In this document: in pieces, positions 10,796-20,110 of the stretch
Layout of the letters: every line of letters begins with the position of its first letter
How positions within the stretch are numbered: the stretch's first letter is position 1
NCBI GenBank assembly: GCA_033578915.1
Contig: JAVQWQ010000003.1
Coordinates: forward strand, 1-38,334
Direction: 5' to 3'
DNA length: 38,334 nucleotides
From: Chitinophagales bacterium
GTDB taxonomy: Bacteria > Bacteroidota > Bacteroidia > Chitinophagales > LD1
Position numbers and translations under genes: made by a program
The notes under the pieces: generated by a model
Seen by the model: the letters and a program-made list of their open reading frames with translations, nothing else
What the model was told of the DNA's origin: nothing
Database searches by the model: none

Positions 10796-12862
10796 ATGAG
10801 ATTACTATTACTGGCTATTTTTCCCGTTCTTCTGTTCGCACAAAATGAAAACTATTCCCCCAAAGTTCAGAAGTACCCTAAAGCCGGAACTGCCAGAAAG
10901 TACAGAATTGCTAAAAAGAAAATCAAAGAAGGCAGTTATTACATTGCTGCTGATTATCTGGAGGATGTTGTTAAAGCCAAGCCGGGCAAAATTTCTAGAG
11001 CTTTCCAGCTGGCAGAACTGAACCGGCATCTCCGCGATTACGTTCGCGCCGAGCAATACTATAAAATGGTTCTTGACAAGGATCCTGAGAAATATCCCGA
11101 AGCAAATTATTATTACGCTTTAATGCTTAAACAAAATGGAAAATATCAAGAGGCTAAGACAAAGTTCCAGGAATTTCTAAAGATGAAGGATGCAAAGGAT
11201 TTTCCTCAGTTGCGCAGCATGGCTAAAACAGATATTGCGGGCTGCGATACTGCCTTAGCGCTATTGGCTAACCCAACAAAAGTAAAAGTAAATCGCGAGC
11301 AAGGAGTTATCAATAAACCAATACAGGATTTTGCTCCCAAGCCTCTTAAGAACAACAGAATATTGTACTCTTCGCTAAAGTCGGATACTGCTATTAATAT
11401 AGATCTGGCAGATTACAACTATTATACCAGCATTTTCACTGCGGAAAAACAAGGTAACATCTGGGTTAATGAAGCGGAATTCCCCTCTCCGCCAAACGAT
11501 CCGAAAACACATGTTTGCAATGCAATACTTTCGCCTGATGAGAAAACAATTATATTCACTAAATGCGATCAAACTCCTTTAACGGTAATGCTTTGCAATC
11601 TCTATAAGAGTACCAAAGAAGGAAACGGATGGAGCAGTCCTGAAGAAATAAAGAACCTGAACAAACAAGGCTTTAGTACTACGCAGCCGGCATGGGGTAA
11701 AGATAAATCAGGAAATACTATTCTATATTTTGCCAGCAACAGAGGTAAAGGTGGAGATTTCGACATTTACTTTGCTAAAATGAATAATGATGGTTCATTT
11801 GATAATCCTGAGCGCCTCGGAAATGAGATCAACACCGCCGGTGATGATCTAACACCTTTTTACCATGAAAATTCAAAGACATTTTACTTCTCATCTACAG
11901 GTCATCCTGGCTTCGGCGGACTGGATGTTTTCAAGACAGTCGGAACACCCGGAAACTTCGGTGAGGTTAAAAATATGGGAACACCTGTTAACAGCGGAGC
12001 TGATGACTTGTATTTTGCGCTCGATGAAAAAGGCGCTAAAGGATTTTTAGTCTCCAACCGCGAAGGGACTAACTCTCAACGTGGCCTAACATGCTGCGAT
12101 GATATATGGGGAATTGTTATTCGTGGTGACGTTTTCCTGAAGGCTATCTATGTGAAAAGAGATGATCCTAGTCAAACACCTATAGCAGGCATTGATGCAT
12201 CGCTCTATAAAGTAGATGGGAAAAATTTTGAATTTCTGACTAATACCATCACAAGCGGGCAGCCTTTTGTAATGCCTTTACAGCGTGGTGTTTCATATAA
12301 GATAAATGGAAACAAAGAAGGTTACTGGCCATCGGTAGATAATTTCTCTGTCAACGAAGACGAAGACAGAGACACCATTACTAAGGTGTTCTACATTGAT
12401 CCAATAATTAAGAAGAAAATTAAAATTGAGAATGTTTACTTCCAATTTGATAAAAGTAATGTGATAACCTTTTATGCAGCTAAAATTGATTCTGTGCTTG
12501 CTTTGTTGAATCAAAATCCCGGATGGCTCGTTGAAGTGCAGGGCCATACCGACTCTAAAGGAACTGATGAATATAATGAAAAATTATCGAAGCGCAGGGC
12601 TGAGGAGGTGAAGAAATATCTTATCACCAAAGGCCTTGCCAAAGAACGTATTATTGTTAAAGCCTTTGGTGAAAAACAACCTGCAGTTCCCAATGAACTA
12701 CCCGATGGTACAGACGACCCGGAAGGAAGAGCAAGAAACAGACGTGTAGAGTTTAAATTAATAACGGATAATGTTAAAGATGCACCTGAAATTGAGGTAG
12801 GAGGGGAAGTTGTTCCTCAAGTTAAAACAGGGCCTGGGTTTACAAAAGGCTACAAAAAATAG
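10796..12862 (+). CDS. PorE-like OmpA-family protein (TPR + PD40 beta-propeller + OmpA_C)
   Basis: TPR-like N-terminus; PD40 repeats (LYFASNR, INTAGDDLTPF, YFSSTGHPGFGGLD); OmpA_C motifs NVYFQFDK, GHTDSKG, LSKRRA and NRRVEF. Confidence 0.93.
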   Translation: MRLLLLAIFPVLLFAQNENYSPKVQKYPKAGTARKYRIAKKKIKEGSYYIAADYLEDVVKAKPGKISRAFQLAELNRHLRDYVRAEQYYKMVLDKDPEKYPEANYYYALMLKQNGKYQEAKTKFQEFLKMKDAKDFPQLRSMAKTDIAGCDTALALLANPTKVKVNREQGVINKPIQDFAPKPLKNNRILYSSLKSDTAINIDLADYNYYTSIFTAEKQGNIWVNEAEFPSPPNDPKTHVCNAILSPDEKTIIFTKCDQTPLTVMLCNLYKSTKEGNGWSSPEEIKNLNKQGFSTTQPAWGKDKSGNTILYFASNRGKGGDFDIYFAKMNNDGSFDNPERLGNEINTAGDDLTPFYHENSKTFYFSSTGHPGFGGLDVFKTVGTPGNFGEVKNMGTPVNSGADDLYFALDEKGAKGFLVSNREGTNSQRGLTCCDDIWGIVIRGDVFLKAIYVKRDDPSQTPIAGIDASLYKVDGKNFEFLTNTITSGQPFVMPLQRGVSYKINGNKEGYWPSVDNFSVNEDEDRDTITKVFYIDPIIKKKIKIENVYFQFDKSNVITFYAAKIDSVLALLNQNPGWLVEVQGHTDSKGTDEYNEKLSKRRAEEVKKYLITKGLAKERIIVKAFGEKQPAVPNELPDGTDDPEGRARNRRVEFKLITDNVKDAPEIEVGGEVVPQVKTGPGFTKGYKK

Positions 12863-12884
12863 TTATACTTTTTAATTGTCTGAT

Positions 12885-12910
12885 AAGGTTGCCTAATTGG
12901 CAACCTTTTT
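12885..12910 (+). terminator. Rho-independent terminator of the T9SS cargo operon
   Basis: Perfect 9-bp stem AAGGTTGCC-taatt-GGCAACCTT followed by a T tract. Confidence 0.85.
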
Positions 12911-12920
12911 ATTTTTAGCT

Positions 12921-13515
12921 GTGCTGCGTAGTAGTTTTCAGCAATTGTACCCTGAAGCGGGTTGCGATGAAGCAGGCAGAGGCCCTTTAGCCGGTCCGGT
13001 TGTTGCTGCTGCAGTGATATTTCCGTCAGATTTCAGACACGAAGAACTCAAAGACTCTAAAAAGCTTTCGCATGAACAACGCATTAGACTCAAAGAAATT
13101 ATTGAGCGCGAGGCTATAGCTTATGCAGTTTCGTTTGTAGATGAAAAAACCATAGATGAAATAAATATTTTAAACGCTTCAATTTTGGCAATGCATCGCG
13201 CACTAGATGCTTTGGCAATGAGGCCTGCATTCGTTATTGTTGATGGAAATCGTTTTAAGCCTTATTTAAATATTCCTTTTCAAACTATTGTAAAAGGAGA
13301 CAATCAATTTGTAAGTATTGCAGCTGCTTCAATTCTTGCGAAAACAGCACGCGATGAATATATGGAAAAAAATTCATGTTGAATATCCTCAATACAGATG
13401 GGATAAAAATAAAGGCTATCCTACTTTGGAGCATAAAAAAGCAATTGCAAAACATGGATTCAGCCCATATCACAGGAAAAGTTTTTTATCATATCAACAG
13501 GCAACCTTGTTTTGA
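12921..13515 (+). pseudogene. rnhB: Ribonuclease HII, frameshifted in an A7 run at 13366-13372 (probable sequencing indel)
   Basis: GCDEAGRGPLAGPV, LKDSKKL, VDGN and IVKGD...SIAAASILAK in one frame. The C-terminus (IHVEYPQYRWDKNKGYPT...HRKSF) is in the +1 frame; removing one A restores it. GTG start at 12921. Confidence 0.9.
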
Positions 13516-13599
13516 ATAAATTTATTTGGTGAATTCGATTTGTTTTTTGTAAATAAATTTTATCATAATTGTTTTATCTCACAAAATATCTTATTCTAA

Positions 13600-14133
13600 A
13601 TGATATCAAACAAACAGATAGGTTACGCATTTAAAACGCTTTTACAGATTTCGTTACTGCTTCTACACCATTCTTGCACCAGCCCCGCAGAGGAAAAAAG
13701 TAAAATTACTAGTACAACATATGTAGTAACTCATGTGATAGATGGAGATACTTTTTGGGCAAAAAACAAAACTCAAAAAGTAAAAGTGAGATTGATAGGA
13801 ATAGATGCTCCTGAAATGAGAACTGGATATAATGATGTTTTGAACGAAGCAGGCGTGATTGCAAGAAATTTTTTGGAATCCCTGATTTTAAAAAAGGAAA
13901 TTAAAATGGAATATGATATTGATACCAAAGACAGGCACGGACGGACATTAGCTTACGTTTTTTTGAATGATGGAACATTTGTAAATGCTGAGCTTCTGAA
14001 AAATGGATATGCAAGAACTCTAACAGTTCCGCCAAATGTGAAATATGCTGATGTGTTTAGTCAGTTGCAAAAAGAAGCAATTATTCAAAAAAAGGGACTT
14101 TGGGCGTCTGCACCGGATGATTTAAGAAAATAG
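13600..14133 (+). CDS. Thermonuclease (SNase) family protein, probable lipoprotein
   Basis: VIDGDTF, VRLIGIDAPE, DRHGRTLAYV, NAELLKNGYA and KKGLW. Cys follows a hydrophobic leader (LLLLHHSC). Confidence 0.93.
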   Translation: MISNKQIGYAFKTLLQISLLLLHHSCTSPAEEKSKITSTTYVVTHVIDGDTFWAKNKTQKVKVRLIGIDAPEMRTGYNDVLNEAGVIARNFLESLILKKEIKMEYDIDTKDRHGRTLAYVFLNDGTFVNAELLKNGYARTLTVPPNVKYADVFSQLQKEAIIQKKGLWASAPDDLRK

Positions 14134-14219
14134 CTTTGTTCAAATAAGTTTTATCTAGTCTCTTTCAAGTAACACACAAGTTACGTAACTCTTTCATATA
14201 CTATTAACTCAGTTTTTGT

Positions 14220-15161
14220 ATGAGAAAGTTTTTGATATATGGTAGTTTGTTTACATTAATGGTTTTTATAATACTTTTATTAATGCCTTCAAAGCGTGTA
14301 AAGAGGGATTTTGTTGAAAGTAAAGCTATTTTTCCATATTCAAATTTTTTTTATTGGCAAAAAAGAAAAATTCACTACACCGACGAGGGGCATGGCACTG
14401 CGATAATAATGATACATGGCTTTGGAGGCAGTCACAGGAATTTTCGAAAAATCAATGAACTTTTGAAGAAAGATTATCGCTGTTTGCGAATAGATCTTCC
14501 CGGCTTTGGATTGTCTGAACCACTTGAGGCAAATGGACAACGATATCATGAAATTTACATAAAATTACTCACGGCGTGGCTCGATTCGCTATGTATAGAT
14601 AGCTGTTATGTAATCGGCAGTTCCCTAGGTGGTTACATTTCTGCATGTTTATCGGTAGCCGCCCCTGATAAAGTGAAACGCCTTGTTTTAATTTCAAGTG
14701 CAGGATATGAATCTCAAAAGATTTTATATAACCTGAAATATGCTAAGAAACCTTTTCTGTTCATTTTAAAGAAAAAAGGATTGCCTCTTACTGTAAGTAA
14801 GCTGGCTGCAAAAAGGCTTTATTTCAACCCTATTTATATAAATGATGCAGAGGTGCAATACAATAACTGGTTTTGGAATATGGAAGGAAACCTTGAAGCT
14901 GTTTTGCACATGTTATCTTCGGGCGAGTTGCCCGATTCGGGTATGATAAAAAAAATAGCCTGCCCAACTATTATTTTGTGGGGTAAAGACGATAAAGTTC
15001 TGCCTTATACACACCTATACATGTTTCAACGAGATTTAAAAGGGGCTCAGACAGCGCTCATTGAAAGTTGTGGACATTTACCTATGCTTGAAAAACCAGA
15101 TATAACCTATAAATATATACATAAATTTTTCGGTGCCAACACTGAAAATATCCGGTACTGA
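14220..15161 (+). CDS. Alpha/beta-fold hydrolase with N-terminal membrane anchor
   Basis: HGFGGS oxyanion motif, DLPGFGLS, nucleophile elbow GSSLGG, WGKDD and GHLPMLE. Confidence 0.92.
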   Translation: MRKFLIYGSLFTLMVFIILLLMPSKRVKRDFVESKAIFPYSNFFYWQKRKIHYTDEGHGTAIIMIHGFGGSHRNFRKINELLKKDYRCLRIDLPGFGLSEPLEANGQRYHEIYIKLLTAWLDSLCIDSCYVIGSSLGGYISACLSVAAPDKVKRLVLISSAGYESQKILYNLKYAKKPFLFILKKKGLPLTVSKLAAKRLYFNPIYINDAEVQYNNWFWNMEGNLEAVLHMLSSGELPDSGMIKKIACPTIILWGKDDKVLPYTHLYMFQRDLKGAQTALIESCGHLPMLEKPDITYKYIHKFFGANTENIRY

Positions 15162-15200
15162 ATCATAATTTAATGACCGATTAATTTAAAAACAACAAGG

Positions 15201-16478
15201 TTGACGGCCGCTGGCAATATATGGGTTAAAATTAAAGCTAATGCGCTACAAATTGCGCAACTCTCCCGTTTTGCAGCTACTTTTTTATCAGGTATTCTCA
15301 TAGTGAAATTGGGTGCCCAGAAAAATGAAGTTGCATTTTACGAAAGTTTTTTGTGGTTGTCATCAGCCTTAAGCTTTTTCTGGATTGGAGGAACAATCAA
15401 TGCGGCACTATCTATGGCTAAGCCTTCAGAGGCCGCTACAACTTTTTTACATGCCTTTGTGTGGCTCTTAGTACAAGCCATCATTGCGGGCTCTGTCGCT
15501 GGAATCTTATATCAGGGGAGATTCGTTTTTAAGCTACTTTATGTTTGCTTTATCATTTTTAATGCAGTTGGCTTTATCACCGATTATATTTTATACGTCA
15601 AAAAATATTATCCTGCGCTTATTTATTATTCTGCCCTGTGTTTTACGCTACAATTATTAGTGGTTGTTATGCCCTTTGCATTATCAGGTTTAATACATTA
15701 TTGTATTTATGGATTAGTAGCGTTTTCGTTTATCAAATTTTCCGTTGTCGTTTTACTTATTAAAAAGTTCTGTACTGTAAAGTTTTCGTTTTCCATATTC
15801 AAGGAAGTAGCCTCTCTGTCAATTCCTATCTCTGCTGCTATATTTGTAAGCGGTTCTGCAGACTACATAGATGGTTTTTTTGTAAAAAAATTTTTCAGTG
15901 AAGAATGGTTTGCGCTATATCGCTATGGTTCTAGAGAGCTTCCAATATCTCTCATTTTAGCCAATGCACTTAGTGCATCTATGGTAGTGAAGATTACGGA
16001 AGATTTTCAGAGTGGCTTGTATGAGCTGAAGAAGCGTGCTGAAACACTTGCACAGTTGCTTTTTCCACTTACCATTATACTTATGCTGTGTTCATCGATT
16101 TTAATGAAGATGCTATATAGCGCTGAATATGAGTTGGCAGCTAACATATTCAGAATAACACTTTTGCTTATAATTCCGAGATTGGTTTTTCCACAAACAG
16201 TAGCCACAGCGCTCAGGATGGGTAAATTTATTTTTTACTCTGCATTAGTAGAGCTTGCACTTAATATTTTGCTTAGCCTGATTTTACTGAAAATAATGGG
16301 GGTAGAGGGAATTATTTTAGGCACGGTAATTGCCTATTGTGCAGATAAAATTTTTCTCTCTGTTGCTGTAAAAATTAAAACTGGTGTAACCTTAGCAAGT
16401 TATACACCATTAAAAACTATTATGATATACTCTTTGCTCTTACTTATCATATTCATTTTTTCATATATCTATCTGTAA
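15201..16478 (+). CDS. Polysaccharide biosynthesis / oligosaccharide flippase (MOP superfamily) membrane protein
   Basis: 425 aa with many hydrophobic segments. D.FFV...FALYRYGSRELP and LNILLSLIL...GVEG..LGT patterns are typical of Wzx-like proteins. Confidence 0.75.
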   Translation: MTAAGNIWVKIKANALQIAQLSRFAATFLSGILIVKLGAQKNEVAFYESFLWLSSALSFFWIGGTINAALSMAKPSEAATTFLHAFVWLLVQAIIAGSVAGILYQGRFVFKLLYVCFIIFNAVGFITDYILYVKKYYPALIYYSALCFTLQLLVVVMPFALSGLIHYCIYGLVAFSFIKFSVVVLLIKKFCTVKFSFSIFKEVASLSIPISAAIFVSGSADYIDGFFVKKFFSEEWFALYRYGSRELPISLILANALSASMVVKITEDFQSGLYELKKRAETLAQLLFPLTIILMLCSSILMKMLYSAEYELAANIFRITLLLIIPRLVFPQTVATALRMGKFIFYSALVELALNILLSLILLKIMGVEGIILGTVIAYCADKIFLSVAVKIKTGVTLASYTPLKTIMIYSLLLLIIFIFSYIYL

Positions 16479-16528
16479 CAAATAGACTTTCATTTGCGTA
16501 ATAAATATTGAACCTATGAAGATATTTC

Positions 16529-17425
16529 ATGAAACAGTTATACAATTATCTGTGTGTAATTTCCGCATTGATTTTTTCAAACCTAATTTTAAGAACATCA
16601 CAAGCAGCAACTTATTACACCGTTGCCAGCGGTAAGTATTCAGACAGAAATATTTGGAAGCCGGATTATCCGGGTAACACTATTCGCACTACGGATTCAG
16701 TATTAATAAATGGTAATGTAACATTAGATGTTCACCTTTCTGTTGAGGGTTTTTTGATGGTGCAACCTAAGGCTTTGCTTCAAGGGAATAAAGCATTGAT
16801 AGTAAATACTGAGGGAATATTCATCAATCATGGAAACACCGTAGTTAATAACCTATACAATCATGGCAATATCAGAAATTACATGTCTTTAGATGCAATT
16901 TATCAAATAGAAAATTTTGGTGAATTTGTCAATAATTCATCCACCATAGCTGGCAGTACACTCATTAATAACAGTGGCCTTTTAGGTGGATGCAAAGGCA
17001 CCTATTTTACCAACCACATATTTTTACCATCACCTGAGTCTAAATTTGGAAATAATATCTCGATTTTTCAGCCATCTGTTATTGTTATAGAATCAGATAT
17101 TGACGACAAAATATTTTGTGAAACACAAGTTGAATTTTTACAGTTGTCAAATGATAAATTAAGAATTCGGATGTCGGAAAAATCACAAGCTTTATTTGAC
17201 GAGGTATCAATAGAACTTAGCAGTGACGGTAAGACATTTTCTAAAATATTCGAAGGCCCTTACAGAACCTGCATAGAAGCCTCTGTAGGCCATATCGCAG
17301 ATAACCCATATTGGGTAAAAATGTACGCGTCTAATAAAGGGAAAAAAATGCTCGTATCTCAGTCTATCGTTAATATAAAAAGCAATAATGAAACCTTTTC
17401 AATGGCTCCTCGTATAAACAAATAA
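16529..17425 (+). CDS. Secreted hypothetical protein with Asn/Gly-rich beta-solenoid-like N-terminal half
   Basis: Signal peptide, TYYTVASGKYSDRNIW start and repeated (F/L)xNxG units. Followed by a terminator. Confidence 0.7.
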   Translation: MKQLYNYLCVISALIFSNLILRTSQAATYYTVASGKYSDRNIWKPDYPGNTIRTTDSVLINGNVTLDVHLSVEGFLMVQPKALLQGNKALIVNTEGIFINHGNTVVNNLYNHGNIRNYMSLDAIYQIENFGEFVNNSSTIAGSTLINNSGLLGGCKGTYFTNHIFLPSPESKFGNNISIFQPSVIVIESDIDDKIFCETQVEFLQLSNDKLRIRMSEKSQALFDEVSIELSSDGKTFSKIFEGPYRTCIEASVGHIADNPYWVKMYASNKGKKMLVSQSIVNIKSNNETFSMAPRINK

Positions 17426-17463
17426 AATCCTCCGAGTTGCTCTGGTATGAAGCAATTGATAAG

Positions 17464-17491
17464 AAACCTGTCCTGTAAGACAGGTTTTTTT
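17464..17491 (+). terminator. Rho-independent terminator
   Basis: Stem-loop AAACCTGTC-ctgtaa-GACAGGTTT plus a T tract. Confidence 0.85.
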
Positions 17492-17539
17492 ATTTTCAGT
17501 CATATCATCTTATCATTGGGTCTTTAGCAAAACTGTTTT

Positions 17540-18440
17540 ATGCTATTCTCACCTCCCATTCTTAAACATGGAGATTTAGTACAGATATTGAGTACTGCAC
17601 GAGTTGCCACTATTGAAGATGTAGCAGATGCTGTTGAACTGCTTGAGTCATGGGGTCTTCGTGTAAAACTGGGAAGTACTATCGGAAGAGTTTGTAACCA
17701 ATTTGCCGGCACGGATGAAGAGAGAGCACATGACTTACAGCAAGCGCTTGATTGTTCAGAAACCAAAGCAATTTTTTGCGCAAGGGGAGGGTACGGCACA
17801 AACAGGATTCTCGATCGCATTAGCTTCTCTGGTTTTATGAAACATCCAAAATGGGTTATAGGGTTCAGCGATGTTACATTTTTGCACCTTCACTTAAATT
17901 TTATGCTTGGTGTTCGGACTATTCATTCCTTTATGGCTGCTCTGACTAAAAAAACTTCGCAGGCTGCTAAAGAAGCGCTGAGATCAATACTTTTTGGAGA
18001 AAAAGTTTCATACCACTTCAACCCTCATCCTTTTAATAAGATAGGAAAAGCAACAGCAATGCTTTGCGGAGGCAATCTTTCTATTTTATATGCATCTACC
18101 GGAACTCAATTGGTAATCAACAGCGCAGGAAGCGTCTGTTTCTTGAAGATATTGACGAGTATCTATATCACATTGACCGTATGATGTGGAGTCTTGAAAA
18201 AGCAGGGAAGCTTAAGCATTTATCAGCTTTGGTTGCAGGCGGATTCACTGATATGAAGGACAATACAACACCCTTTGGTAAAACAGCAAGAAGATTATTG
18301 TTGAATATTCTTCAAAATATCCATATCCTGTTTGTTTTGGCGCACCGGCAGGGCATATTGAGGATAATCGGCCTTTGGTATTAGGTGCTACATATCAACT
18401 GGATATTCATGAAGAAGGAACAGATTTGATAATTGTTTAA
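17540..18440 (+). pseudogene. ldcA: LD-carboxypeptidase (peptidase S66), two single-base frameshifts (~18136 and ~18289), probably sequencing errors
   Basis: ARGGYG, GFSDVT (Ser) and GGNLS in the first frame; FLEDIDEYLYHIDRM (Glu) after a -1 shift; YPVCFGAPAGHIEDNRPLVLG (His) after a second -1 shift, ending TAA 18438-18440. Confidence 0.88.
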
Positions 18441-18444
18441 CGTC

Positions 18445-18531
18445 TGGTGCCCGGGACGAGATTCGAACTCGTACACCCTTTCGGGCGCCACCCCCTCAAG
18501 ATGGTGTGTCTACCAATTTCACCACCCGGGC
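18445..18531 (-). tRNA. tRNA-Leu(GAG)
   Basis: Reverse complement GCCCGGGTGGTGAAATTGGTAGACACACCATCTTGAGGGGGTGG...GTTCGAATCTCGTCCCGGGCACCA, with a long variable arm and encoded CCA. Confidence 0.97.
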
Positions 18532-18542
18532 TTACAGCGCAG

Positions 18543-18550
18543 CAAATATA
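18543..18550 (-). promoter_or_regulatory. -7 promoter box for tRNA-Leu(GAG)
   Basis: TATATTTG on the minus strand, 11 nt upstream of the tRNA 5' end. Confidence 0.7.
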
Positions 18551-18664
18551 GTTATAAACTAAAACATTTAACAAGCCTTAATCTTTATAATATGTAAAAC
18601 AGATTTATACATCTGAGGTAAAGTCACTTATTTTTTCTGATACTTTTGTTTTTTAAGATTGTAG

Positions 18665-19402
18665 ATGAAACATCAAGTTACTCCTTACGGACTTAAAGAC
18701 AAATCTAAAAAGGAGCAAGTGGAGCAAATGTTTGATAACATTGCTCCGCGTTACGATTTTTTAAATCATCTGCTAAGTTTAGGCATAGATAAAAAATGGA
18801 GAAAAAAGGCAGTTGATTACATTAATGAAATAAAACCTGCTACTGTTTTAGATGTAGCAACAGGCACAGGAGATTTTGCCCTCGAAGTAGTGAGAACCGG
18901 TGCTTCCACCATCATTGGATATGATTTAAGTGAAAATATGCTTGCCTACGGAAGGCAAAAAGTATCCCGCGCAGGATTATCAAACGTCATTCGGTTTATT
19001 AAGGGTGACAGTGAGAATATGCCATTTCCGGACAATAATTTTGATGCAGTAACCGTTGGTTTTGGCGTGCGCAACTTTGAATATCTGGAGCGTGGGCTTG
19101 CTGAAATATTTCGCGTGCTGAGGCCGGGAGGCCGTTTGGCCATTTTGGAGGTGAGCCTGCCGCGGAACCCTTTGATTAGAATGTTTTACAACCTATATTT
19201 TTCTTATGTTTTGCCTTTAATTGGTAGAATATTTTCGCGCGATGTACGGGCATATACTTACTTACCCGAAAGTGTCAAGGCATTTCCGCAGGGAGTTGCT
19301 TTTGTCCAGATTTTACAAGCTGCCGGGTTTGTACATGTGAAGTGGGAACCACTTACATTTGGCACTTGTGCGTTGTACACTGCTGAAAAACCCAAAACAT
19401 AA
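18665..19402 (+). CDS. ubiE: Demethylmenaquinone methyltransferase UbiE/MenG
   Basis: MFDNIAPRYDFLNHLLSLGID, SAM motif LDVATGTGD, FGVRNF and AYTYLPESV. Confidence 0.97.
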   Translation: MKHQVTPYGLKDKSKKEQVEQMFDNIAPRYDFLNHLLSLGIDKKWRKKAVDYINEIKPATVLDVATGTGDFALEVVRTGASTIIGYDLSENMLAYGRQKVSRAGLSNVIRFIKGDSENMPFPDNNFDAVTVGFGVRNFEYLERGLAEIFRVLRPGGRLAILEVSLPRNPLIRMFYNLYFSYVLPLIGRIFSRDVRAYTYLPESVKAFPQGVAFVQILQAAGFVHVKWEPLTFGTCALYTAEKPKT

Positions 19403-19418
19403 CTGTATTATCTAAAAG

Positions 19419-20110
19419 ATGAGGCTTTTTTGTTTTTGTATTTTAGTTATAATTTATGCAGCAAACTCTGCAGTACATGCTCAGTTCAATATTCATGAGT
19501 TGGGAAGGAAACAGGTATATTTTGGGATTGCTGTAGGCTTAAATGCCTCTAATTTTACTGTGTTGCGCAAACCTAAGTTGCCCGAAAACGACACCATATA
19601 TTATGTAAGGCCACGATTGGGGCCTGGCTTCAATCTCGGAATTATTTGCAATTATCAGTTTCATCGCTATTTTGATTTACGTTTTATTCCTACATTATCA
19701 TTTTCTGATAAAATTTTAGAATACGGCCAAAAAGGTAAGCCTCCAGTAATTAATAAGACAATACAATCCATCTACCTGGACTTTCCGCTGTTGCTGCGTT
19801 ATAAAAGCGAACCGATTAAAGATTTTCGGATATATGTATTGGCAGGGATGCGTTACGACTTCGATCTTGCTTCCAATCAAAAAGCAAGGCGTGCAACCGA
19901 CATCATTAAGCTGATGCGCCATGATGTGTGTGTTGAAGCAGGTATCGGTTTTATGTTTTATTTTCCTTACTTAGTAGTATGAGTCCGGAATTTAAATTCA
20001 CTCATGGAATATTAAATATTCATGCGCCTACAGAAGGCCTCATTTATTCGCGCGTTTTAGACAGATTATTCTCCAGAGCATTGACCATCACCCTTAATCT
20101 CGAAGGTTAA
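19419..20110 (+). pseudogene. porT: T9SS/gliding motility outer-membrane protein PorT/SprT, frameshifted at ~19975-19980 (probable sequencing indel)
   Basis: GPGFNLGII, FDLRFIPTLSF and YDFDLAS, with ubiE-porT synteny. After YFPYL the -1 frame continues MSPEFKFTHGILNI...RLFSRALTITLNLEG* to TAA 20108-20110. Confidence 0.85.

Noticed and set aside
13600-14133. Thermonuclease as an anti-phage effector
   Set aside because: It has an export/lipoprotein leader and no defence-type neighbours. It fits a common surface nuclease.
13516-18445. AT-rich gene block at the 3' side of tRNA-Leu(GAG) as a possible integrated island
   Set aside because: No integrase or transposase, and no convincing duplicate of the tRNA 3' end (only a 7-nt GGTGCCC match near 15312). 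The genes are ordinary Bacteroidota families.
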